A DNA stretch of 64,000 bases from Bacteroidetes bacterium HGW-Bacteroidetes-14 (GTDB taxonomy: Bacteria > Bacteroidota > Bacteroidia > Bacteroidales > UBA932): NCBI GenBank assembly GCA_002842655.1, contig PHDP01000001.1, positions 1,247 through 65,246 of the forward strand, written 5' to 3'. Positions within the stretch are counted from its first letter, which is position 1. Each line of letters starts with the position of its first letter. The notes under the pieces are model-generated. The model worked only from the letters and a program-made list of their open reading frames with translations, did no database searches and was not told where the DNA came from. The translations under genes were made by a program, and so were the position numbers. Below are positions 28,794 to 37,105 of the stretch, piece after piece.

Positions 28794-31640
28794 ATGAGAA
28801 TCATAAGAACCATTGTTGCCGCAATTGCACTAATAATTTGCGGCAACTTTGCCATAGCGCAAAATAACAGTACTTCCCAGCTGCCTGCAGATTCAGCCTT
28901 CAGGACAGGGAAGCTTGAAAACGGACTTACATATTATATAAGAAAGGCTGCCAATCCTGCGGGAAGGGCCGAATTTTTTATTGTACACAATGTGGGTTCG
29001 CTGCAGGAAGAGGATAACCAGCGCGGTCTGGCGCACTTCCTGGAACACATGGCATTCAACGGAACCAAAAACTTCCCCGGCAAAAAACTTCTGAATTACT
29101 TTGGAAGCATAGGTGTGAAATTTGGCGCCAACATTAATGCCTACACTTCAATGGAGAGGACTGTATATAATATTTCTGCAGTTCCTGTTCAGAGAGAGGT
29201 GGTACTCGATTCGGCCCTGCTGGCACTTCACGACTGGTCTCACTATATCTCATGCGAGCCTGCAGAGATTGAGGCAGAAAGAGGTGTTGTAAGGGAGGAG
29301 TGGAGACGCGGCGACGATGCCCGCACCAGGATGAACAAGGGTATCATGAAGTTTCAGCAGACAGGCTCCCGCTTTGCAGAGAGGGATGTAATTGGTCTTC
29401 CTGAGATAATCAATACCTTCTCACGTCAGACTCTCATTGACTACTATCACAAGTGGTATCATCCGGGCCTTCAGGCTGTGATTGTGGTTGGAGATATTGA
29501 TCCCGACGTAATTGAAAAGAAGATCAAAGCCAGATTCTCATCAATTCCAAAGGCGGTCAATCCGGCTAAGCGTGAGACATATACTATTCCGGATAACAAG
29601 GAACCTATAGTTGGTTACTTCACAGATCCGGAAACAAAAGCTGTATCTGTAAGGGTAACCGTTAAAATTCCAAACCTCTCCGCAGAAGAGATGAAAACCA
29701 GGAAGTCAGTATATGACGAGGTTATCAGAAACACCTTCCTTGAAATGTTCAAGGTAAGGTGTCAGGTTGCTCAGGAGAGCGCAGATTCTATGTTCAGAGG
29801 TGCTGTTCCTGTCTTTGGAAAGCTCAGCTATGCATCACAGACATTTACAACAACTGCCCTTCCCTACTCTGCAAAGACTATATTCAGGTCTCTTCGCGGA
29901 CTCATTGAAGAGTTTGAGAGAGTAAGGATGTACGGATTCTCTAAAGAGGAGTTCGATCAGGCTATTGTAAGGGTAAAGAAGGGTGCAGAGCAGAACTATC
30001 TTCGCACACGCAAACCCAAAAATGAAGATTATGTAAGTGCAGCCGTAGATCACTTTACAAGGCAGTACCCTATTGTGAAACCAGAAGATTATTACAAGAT
30101 TTCATCTGAGTACATCAAGAGTCTCTCTGTTGAAAATGTAAACGAGGCTCTCCCTGTAATACTGTCTGATGAAAACAGGGTAATTGTCTTCTCAGTTCCT
30201 GAAAACGACAAACAGTACCTTCCTTCAAAAGAGGAGATTTACAAGATGATTGCAGAGGTAAAAAGTTCAGATCTTGACAGATTTACCCCTGTTGTCGAAA
30301 AACAGCTTACTATCAGAAAAGATCTTAAAGCCGGCAGTGTAATATCTGAAAGAGCAGTTACTTCAAAAGAGCTGGGAATCAAGTATGAAAAACAACTTGA
30401 CTCTGCAACCGAATGGATACTTTCAAACGGAGCAAGAGTAATCTGGAAAGAGGAAGCAGCAACCAAAAAATATGTCAGCATGCGTGCCTTCAGAAAAGGT
30501 GGATATATGCTTCCGTACGATGCAAAACAGATAAAAATTGCCGAAAGCTTCCTCTCTATGTATTCAGTAGATGGATTCAACAGACTGGAAATGCAGAAGC
30601 TGGGCGGTTCAAAGAGCATCTCTGTAAAACCTTCAATAGGTTACAGATATTCAGAATTTTCAGGAAACTACACTCTGAAGGATTCTCTGGAATTCTGGAA
30701 CCTTCTTTACTCATATTTTACTGCCGTTACTGCAGATGAAAATCAGATTGCAAACTTTAAAAACCAGCTATTAAAAACCCTGAATACTCCAAAGGGAGAG
30801 AATGCAATTTTTATTGATTCTGTAAGCAACCTCAGGTTTAGTTCTCAGCCTATGAAAAGTAAGCTTACCAAAGAGGATGTCGCTGCAATAAACGCAGCCT
30901 CTCTTACTACTATGTATAATAACATTTTTGCTGGCGCAGACGGATACACATTTGTATTTTCCGGACCGATTCCTGCTGCAAAGGCAAAAGAACTCATCGT
31001 TAAATACATAGGATCTATTGAAAAGGGAGTGGCAAATACCGGTAAAGTACTTGCATCACGCGAACCTGTTAAGCGTAAAGGCGAGGTATCACTGAGATAC
31101 AAAGCCAAAAACATGCTCAGCTCAAAGGCTTCTGTAAGCCGCCTCTATTTTGGTGAGGCTCCTTACAATGCCCAGAGTAATATGTATTCTAAGTTCATCG
31201 CATACATTCTCAGGGAGAGGTATATGAAATCTATCCGTGAGGAGAGAGGCGGAACCTACCATGTTGGCGTTACAAACGAAATCATGAAATACCCATACGA
31301 GCATGTTGAATTCTCTGTGGAATTCGATACAGACCCTGCTCTTGTGGACGAACTGCTTATGGTTGTTCAGCAGGAGGCAGACAACTTTGTGAAAAACGGA
31401 CCAACCGAAAAGGAGATGAAGGAGATTACCCTTTATCTTCAGAAGGTATACCAGGACCGCAAGGAGGAGACCGTATGGCCTGCAGTCATAGTAAACAACC
31501 TTAAGGGCGAAGTGAGCCTTCAGGAGACTGAAAAGGAGTTTCTGCCAAAGGTTAAGGCAGGCGATATCCAGAAGTTTGCGAAGAAGATCTTCAAAAGTGG
31601 TAACAGAATGACCTTTGTATTTGAGCCGGAGAAGAGATAA
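28794..31640 (+). CDS. M16 family zinc protease (PqqL-like), exported
   Basis: Signal peptide; GKLENGLTYYI, GLAHFLEHMAFNGT (inverted HxxEH), NAYTS, IREERGGTY. Confidence 0.92.
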   Translation: MRIIRTIVAAIALIICGNFAIAQNNSTSQLPADSAFRTGKLENGLTYYIRKAANPAGRAEFFIVHNVGSLQEEDNQRGLAHFLEHMAFNGTKNFPGKKLLNYFGSIGVKFGANINAYTSMERTVYNISAVPVQREVVLDSALLALHDWSHYISCEPAEIEAERGVVREEWRRGDDARTRMNKGIMKFQQTGSRFAERDVIGLPEIINTFSRQTLIDYYHKWYHPGLQAVIVVGDIDPDVIEKKIKARFSSIPKAVNPAKRETYTIPDNKEPIVGYFTDPETKAVSVRVTVKIPNLSAEEMKTRKSVYDEVIRNTFLEMFKVRCQVAQESADSMFRGAVPVFGKLSYASQTFTTTALPYSAKTIFRSLRGLIEEFERVRMYGFSKEEFDQAIVRVKKGAEQNYLRTRKPKNEDYVSAAVDHFTRQYPIVKPEDYYKISSEYIKSLSVENVNEALPVILSDENRVIVFSVPENDKQYLPSKEEIYKMIAEVKSSDLDRFTPVVEKQLTIRKDLKAGSVISERAVTSKELGIKYEKQLDSATEWILSNGARVIWKEEAATKKYVSMRAFRKGGYMLPYDAKQIKIAESFLSMYSVDGFNRLEMQKLGGSKSISVKPSIGYRYSEFSGNYTLKDSLEFWNLLYSYFTAVTADENQIANFKNQLLKTLNTPKGENAIFIDSVSNLRFSSQPMKSKLTKEDVAAINAASLTTMYNNIFAGADGYTFVFSGPIPAAKAKELIVKYIGSIEKGVANTGKVLASREPVKRKGEVSLRYKAKNMLSSKASVSRLYFGEAPYNAQSNMYSKFIAYILRERYMKSIREERGGTYHVGVTNEIMKYPYEHVEFSVEFDTDPALVDELLMVVQQEADNFVKNGPTEKEMKEITLYLQKVYQDRKEETVWPAVIVNNLKGEVSLQETEKEFLPKVKAGDIQKFAKKIFKSGNRMTFVFEPEKR

Positions 31641-31660
31641 CTAATCTTCTCTTAATTTAT

Positions 31661-31744
31661 AAGTTAACGGTATCAGCCAGGAAAATCCTCCCCCCATCTT
31701 CGGGAGCCAACGTTTTTCCCTAGCTGATACCGTTAACTTTTTTT
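31661..31744 (+). terminator. Long hairpin plus T run after the M16 gene (probable terminator)
   Basis: 17-bp perfect stem AAGTTAACGGTATCAGC (31661-31677) / GCTGATACCGTTAACTT (31723-31739), followed by Ts. Confidence 0.65.
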
Positions 31745-31879
31745 GCCTAGCAGGATTCGTGAGAATGTACAGATTATCAGTGCTTTAATTTTTGAATAAA
31801 TAAATTTGCGCAGCTTTTTAAAAAACCTTATGCTTGATAATCAATTTGTTGTCACAAATCCTGCTAGGCAACTAAAGTT
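31735..31879. mobile_element. 145-bp element bounded by inverted repeats (MITE-like or invertible segment)
   Basis: Left AACTTTTTTTGCCTAGCAGGATTCGTGAGA vs reverse complement of the right end AACTTTAGTTGCCTAGCAGGATTTGTGACA (26/30 identical); non-coding, between convergent genes. Confidence 0.55.
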
Positions 31880-31887
31880 TCAGGGAA

Positions 31888-32871
31888 TTATTTTGAGGCC
31901 TGCAGAAATTCGAGAACTCTTTTGAAGTAGAGATCGCCTCCGGTCTCCCAGATATTAGTATGGCGTGCTTTTTCTACCTGAAGGAAGCGGCTTCCGGGAG
32001 ATTTTAACCTTGCATAGATTCTGTGAGCATGGCTTATGTCTATCTTTTTGTCGGCAGTTCCATGAACAAGCAAAACAGGTGCAGATATGCGTGAAGAGTA
32101 TTCGAGAGGAGAGATTTGTGAGGCATCGAGTCCTGTTAAAATTCCGGCTCCCCATATCATATAGCTGAGTACAGGCTTGCTGCGAAAACCAATATCGCGG
32201 ACAAAATAGTCGCCTACAACCTCCCTGAAATCAGAAAAGGTGCTCTCAACAATACCTGCCGTAACACGATTATCCTGAGCCATGGTGAGCATTGCTGTTG
32301 CCGCTCCCATTGACTGTCCCCACAAAATAATACTCCCCCCGTTTTTGTAATTGCGAGAGATTGTATCTATCAGCCTTGATACATCCTGCATCTCCTTAAA
32401 ACCATATGTTGTGAAGCGACCTTCGCTCTCGCCGTGGGAACGGAGGTCAGGAGCATAACAATCATATCCGGCTGCCGAGAAAAATGCAGCCATTGGATAG
32501 ACCTGCTCTTTATGCCTGCGGACACCATGCAGGAAGATTATTGCTCCCTTTCCGGCCTCTTCCGGAATACTCTTAGAGAGATTCTGCAGAGCAGGGATCT
32601 TAATTACTTTTAGCTTTAGTCCGTCAAATGAGGTGTAGGAAAATTTTTCAACTCTGTCAGAATTAATCCCGAACAACTCTGGTTTAATTAATGTGTCTTC
32701 GCTGTGATTGTTTACAAAAAGAGTAGTTACTCCGGAGTTTACCTGAACAACCAGGCGTGGAGGAATTGTAAGCAGATATGCAAAAAGCAGAACAATGACA
32801 AACGGCACAATCGCAGAACCTCTTATTCCGGCTCTCCACCTTCCCCTCTCTCTCTTCACTTTTTTCTGCAT
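31888..32871 (-). CDS. Alpha/beta hydrolase (membrane-anchored)
   Basis: N-terminal TM; FLHG, DLRSHGES, GQSMG nucleophile, HGTADKK (Asp), ARH (His). Confidence 0.85.
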   Translation of the reverse strand: MQKKVKRERGRWRAGIRGSAIVPFVIVLLFAYLLTIPPRLVVQVNSGVTTLFVNNHSEDTLIKPELFGINSDRVEKFSYTSFDGLKLKVIKIPALQNLSKSIPEEAGKGAIIFLHGVRRHKEQVYPMAAFFSAAGYDCYAPDLRSHGESEGRFTTYGFKEMQDVSRLIDTISRNYKNGGSIILWGQSMGAATAMLTMAQDNRVTAGIVESTFSDFREVVGDYFVRDIGFRSKPVLSYMIWGAGILTGLDASQISPLEYSSRISAPVLLVHGTADKKIDISHAHRIYARLKSPGSRFLQVEKARHTNIWETGGDLYFKRVLEFLQASK

Positions 32872-34007
32872 TTTAAGATTACACGCCAGAGTGCAACTGC
32901 AAGTGAAGCGGCGATCAGGCCAAACGAAAGTTCAAATCCCTGAATCCCGGCAATCCATACAAATCCCATTGCGGCAATGGAAAACAGGGCTGCTCCTGCC
33001 AGTGCCAGTGTGGTTTTTCTGAACCGGAAGAACCGGGTAAGCAGTATTGCCAGATATAGAGGATTGCACCAGAGCAGATTGAAGTTATTCTGGAGCTCAA
33101 CATGGTCAGACATGAGGATTATCACCGGAAGTACAATACCAAATATGGCATTTACCCAAAGCACAAGATTGTCTGCAAATCCCAGGCGTGGAATGAAAAG
33201 GCTCAGCAGAACAAGAACAAGCATCAGCCCGAAAAGAAATTCAGGCGAGAGCAGAAATGGTGTCCTCTCAACCGAAGATCTCTCCTCTCTTGGAGCAAGT
33301 GAAATTGTCTCAGTCACAAATGGGGCACCATTACTCACAGATTGAGCAAGCCCGGTGTAAAGACTGTCAGGAAGGAACATACCTTCAAAAACCGATATCT
33401 TCTTGTCGAGATTGGATCCCAGAAGGAGGTTAATCCCAACCTTTGTCCACCTCATATCTTTAACAGATGAATTAATCATCTGGCGGAAATTACTCGGTGA
33501 TTCTCCCTGAGGGAGCTGTGTCTTCTCCTTAAGCAGATCTCTGAGCTCTGTTGTACAGTTTTTAAAGAGAAATGAGTAGAGGTAGTATCTGTTCTGAGGT
33601 TCGTATAGGTAGAAGAGCCTTTCCAGTATTTCAACTTTTTCTGACTCGGTGAGGTTCAGAACCTGTTCAGCAACTCCCCTGCCTTCATAGCGGTACTGCT
33701 CCATAAAATCCTGAGTGTACTGAACTCCCAGCATATATTTGAGTTTCCCCTGCATGAACTTGAGATAAAAATTGGGAGTCCCAAAATCAAAGAGCCCGAA
33801 ATTAAATATTAGATCCTGCCCCTTTTCATAATCAATAACCCTGAGTGCACTGTGGCCAAATATTGAATAGAGTTCATTCCCGCCTGTACATGTTACAAGG
33901 CTGATTCTTAACTGACCAGACTGAGGCTGAACATCCTGTGCTGTTAGCGACTGGAGTGAAAAAGCAAAGGCAAATACAAGAATTAATAGTCTCCTGTGTA
34001 GTGTCAT
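32856..34007 (-). CDS. DUF4105 domain membrane protein, lipoprotein N-acyltransferase Lnb-like
   Basis: ISLVTC..G.ELYS.FGHSALRV, FNFG.FDF, Y.Y.F..KNCTT periplasmic domain followed by several TM helices. Confidence 0.72.
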   Translation of the reverse strand: MTLHRRLLILVFAFAFSLQSLTAQDVQPQSGQLRISLVTCTGGNELYSIFGHSALRVIDYEKGQDLIFNFGLFDFGTPNFYLKFMQGKLKYMLGVQYTQDFMEQYRYEGRGVAEQVLNLTESEKVEILERLFYLYEPQNRYYLYSFLFKNCTTELRDLLKEKTQLPQGESPSNFRQMINSSVKDMRWTKVGINLLLGSNLDKKISVFEGMFLPDSLYTGLAQSVSNGAPFVTETISLAPREERSSVERTPFLLSPEFLFGLMLVLVLLSLFIPRLGFADNLVLWVNAIFGIVLPVIILMSDHVELQNNFNLLWCNPLYLAILLTRFFRFRKTTLALAGAALFSIAAMGFVWIAGIQGFELSFGLIAASLAVALWRVILKCRKK

Positions 34008-34012
34008 TCCTG

Positions 34013-35623
34013 TTATTTCTGTTTTACCAATATTGAATTAAGATAGCGGGGAGCCTTTCGCTTCATGGTACCCTGTTCAAAAGAGTATGCGATATTGAGC
34101 AGAACCGGTTCACTCCATGCTCTTCCAAAGAATGATACACCAACAGGCAAATCGCCTATGAAACCCATCGGGACAGTTATGTTGGGATATCCCGAAATTG
34201 CTGCAAATGAAGAGCTGCTGCCAAGGAAATTATCGCCGTTAACGAGATCTGTTTTCCATGCAGGTCCTCCAGTTGGAGCCATGATTGCATCAAGCTTGTT
34301 TTCGTTCATAAGCTTATCAATTCCCTCCTCTCTGGTCTTCTTCTGCATAAGTGCCAGAGCCTTTTTGTACTCCTCATCCTGGAGAGTTCCCTTTTTGGAA
34401 GCCATTTCAAGCAGCTGCTGGTCAAAAAACCTCAGTTCTACCGAGTCCTTTTTATTAAACTCAATCAGTTCGTCAAGAGTTCTTACAGGAGCACCTTCGC
34501 CCAGAGAGGCAAAATACTTCTCAAGCCCATCCTTGAATTCATAAAGCATTACCTGGAAGGAGGCACCGCTTGCCTCACCCGGAACACGCATGCTAACCTC
34601 CACAACCTCTGCCCCTGCATCCTTAAGATATTCAACAGTGGAAGCCATAAGCGAATCGACCTTAAAGTGGAAGCCTGATACATTTGTAAGAAGGCCGATT
34701 CTCTTCCCTTTCAGACCATCCCTCTTCAGAAACTGAGCGTAATCACTTTCAAACTTTGCACCTTTATCAAGAGTCATTGAGTCTGTAGAGTCTGCCCCGG
34801 CAAGAACACCAAGGACAATAGCTGCATCCTCAACAGTTCTGGTCATTGGACCAGGAGTATCCTGTGTAAATGAAATCGGAATGATACCGGTACGGCTGAT
34901 AAGACCTACTGTTGGTTTGATTCCCACTATACCATTGTTATTTGAAGGACAGGTAATCGATCCGTTGGTCTCAGTCCCTATTGCAAAGGCGCAGAGATTA
35001 GCAGAGACCGCAACTCCAGAGCCCGAACTTGACCCGCAAGGATTTCTGTCTGTTACATACGGATTCTTAGTCTGTCCGCCGACACCGCTCCATCCGCTTG
35101 ATGATAGATTTGCACGAAAATTTGCCCACTCGCTCAGGTTGGCTTTCCCTATAATAACAGCACCGGCGGCACGAAGTTTCTCCGCAACCTTGCTGTCTCT
35201 TCCCACAAATGAGTTTTTGAGAACGGTTGCACCGGCTGTAGTTGGCATTGAATCCTTAGTGTCGATATTATCCTTAAGGATAACCGGAATCCCGTGAAGC
35301 GGACCCCTTGACTTACCCTCAGCTAGCTCTTTGTCCAGCTCCTTTGCAATTTCAATCGCATCCGGGTTTATTGAAATTACAGAGTTGAGTTTAGGACCGT
35401 TCTGGTCAATTTTCTCAATTCTGTAAAGATAATCTGAAGTAACCTTTTCAATTGTAAAGGTTCCGTTTTTATAACCTTCGCCAAGCCGGGCAATTGTAAT
35501 CTCTTCAAGATATGAAGTATCCCTGTCGCTTTTAACCTCAGTGCTGCAAGAGATTGCAGCCGTCAATACAAATGCAGCTGATGCACATTTGATTGCAAAG
35601 GATAGATTTTTCATATGTTTCAA
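34013..35623 (-). CDS. Amidase signature family amidase (lipoprotein)
   Basis: GPLHGIPVILKDN (Lys), GSSSGS, GTETNGSI.CP (Ser-cisSer-Lys triad); lipobox AISC. Confidence 0.92.
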   Translation of the reverse strand: MKHMKNLSFAIKCASAAFVLTAAISCSTEVKSDRDTSYLEEITIARLGEGYKNGTFTIEKVTSDYLYRIEKIDQNGPKLNSVISINPDAIEIAKELDKELAEGKSRGPLHGIPVILKDNIDTKDSMPTTAGATVLKNSFVGRDSKVAEKLRAAGAVIIGKANLSEWANFRANLSSSGWSGVGGQTKNPYVTDRNPCGSSSGSGVAVSANLCAFAIGTETNGSITCPSNNNGIVGIKPTVGLISRTGIIPISFTQDTPGPMTRTVEDAAIVLGVLAGADSTDSMTLDKGAKFESDYAQFLKRDGLKGKRIGLLTNVSGFHFKVDSLMASTVEYLKDAGAEVVEVSMRVPGEASGASFQVMLYEFKDGLEKYFASLGEGAPVRTLDELIEFNKKDSVELRFFDQQLLEMASKKGTLQDEEYKKALALMQKKTREEGIDKLMNENKLDAIMAPTGGPAWKTDLVNGDNFLGSSSSFAAISGYPNITVPMGFIGDLPVGVSFFGRAWSEPVLLNIAYSFEQGTMKRKAPRYLNSILVKQK

Positions 35624-35653
35624 TTTTATATTCGTTTAAGTATTCTTACCTTT

Positions 35654-36223
35654 TTATTTTCCAATTCTCATTCGGGACATGAGTGACCGGCTTTTCGGGA
35701 AGATTCCCTTCTGTTTTACCCTTACATCCTCCACAACATAAAATACATCCGGGTCAAACTCTGTTATAATCTTCTCCAGACTCTTCATCTCCTTTCTGTC
35801 AATTACTGCCTCAACAATCTCAATTCTGTCCACCGATCCCGTTCCCTCCAGAAGTGTCGCTCCGTAGTTCTGCCTGTTAAAAAGGGCAATCAGTTCACGG
35901 CCGTTTTTCTTGGTGTAAATTCTGCAAAGAATAATACCAAACGCAATCCTCTGTTCAATAAGAATACCCACAAAGTTTCCTGTAGCATAGCCGGCAGCAT
36001 ATGAGACGTATGCAATCATATCGTTTGCTCTTGAGAAAATCTGTGAAATAACAACAATCCAGATTAACACCTCAAAGAAACCAATGAGAGGAGCTTTATA
36101 TTTCTCCCCCTTTGAGACAAAGATAATCCTGAGAGTTCCAAGCGAGACATCAACAATACGCGCAAAGAAAATTATAAAAGGCAGCAGATACGGGTAGGTA
36201 TCGAGAAAATTGAACATTTCCAT
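35654..36223 (-). CDS. UPF0316 (DUF5698/DUF2179) membrane protein
   Basis: FFARIVDVSLGTLR, GFFEVLIW, YAAGYATGN.VG; own TAAATTTG box at 36263-36270 (minus). Confidence 0.85.
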   Translation of the reverse strand: MEMFNFLDTYPYLLPFIIFFARIVDVSLGTLRIIFVSKGEKYKAPLIGFFEVLIWIVVISQIFSRANDMIAYVSYAAGYATGNFVGILIEQRIAFGIILCRIYTKKNGRELIALFNRQNYGATLLEGTGSVDRIEIVEAVIDRKEMKSLEKIITEFDPDVFYVVEDVRVKQKGIFPKSRSLMSRMRIGK

Positions 36224-36274
36224 GGGGTTGGTTATTAAAGTTTCGGTCGGTTATTCAAAGTTCAAATTTAACAA

Positions 36275-37105
36275 TTATTTAAATGCCAGCGGGAGCGACT
36301 CAACAATGTCACCTGCAATAATTGACCGTTCGCCTTTACTTCCGGCGGCAAAGTCACCTGCAAGTCCGTGAAAGAACACACCGGCCATTGTAGCCTGGGC
36401 TGGTGTGTAACCCTGAGCCAGCATTCCCAGAATAATTCCTGTAAGAACATCTCCGCTGCCTGCAGTTGCCATTCCGGGATTCCCGGTGGTATTCTCAAAA
36501 ATCTCTCCGTCTGGCAAAGAAACAGTTGTTCCGGCTCCCTTCAGGGCAATAATTATTCCAAATTTTCTGGAGAGTTTTCTCTGCGTAACTATTCTCTCCT
36601 CTCTGGTTGAGTGGGGGCCGGCAAAGCGGTCAAACTCGCCCGGATGAGGAGTAAGAATAGTCTCCCTGCGCATCCGCGCAAGGAGCTCCGGTCTCGCAGC
36701 AACAATATTGAGCGCATCTGCATCAAGAACAAGCGGTACACGACAACTCTCTATCAGATCATAAACCAGGGAGGCAGTCTCGGGCGCCAGACCCAGCCCC
36801 GGGCCGGCCCCCACCGCCTCAAATCCCTCAAGAGAGGGCAAGACCGACAGATGATTCTCATTAGTATCAAGGGTACACATCGCCTCCGGTACTGAACACT
36901 GCAGAATGTCATTCAGCCTTCCCGGAATGTGAACAGTGAGCAATCCTGCTCCTGTCCGTAAAACACTCTTTGCAGAGAGGACTGCAGCCCCCCCTTTTCC
37001 AAGCGAGCCTGCCAGAAGCAGCGCATGCCCGAAATCACCCTTGTGAGAAAAGCGGTCCCTCTCCTTCATAAAGGATGAGACCATCCGTTTATCAATCTTT
37101 TCCAT
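36275..37105 (-). CDS. nnrD: ADP-dependent NAD(P)H-hydrate dehydratase (stand-alone YjeF_C)
   Basis: SHKGDFG, GAGLL, GPGLG, VLDADALN, LTPHPGEF, LKGA.T, MATAGSGDVLTG. Confidence 0.92.
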   Translation of the reverse strand: MEKIDKRMVSSFMKERDRFSHKGDFGHALLLAGSLGKGGAAVLSAKSVLRTGAGLLTVHIPGRLNDILQCSVPEAMCTLDTNENHLSVLPSLEGFEAVGAGPGLGLAPETASLVYDLIESCRVPLVLDADALNIVAARPELLARMRRETILTPHPGEFDRFAGPHSTREERIVTQRKLSRKFGIIIALKGAGTTVSLPDGEIFENTTGNPGMATAGSGDVLTGIILGMLAQGYTPAQATMAGVFFHGLAGDFAAGSKGERSIIAGDIVESLPLAFK

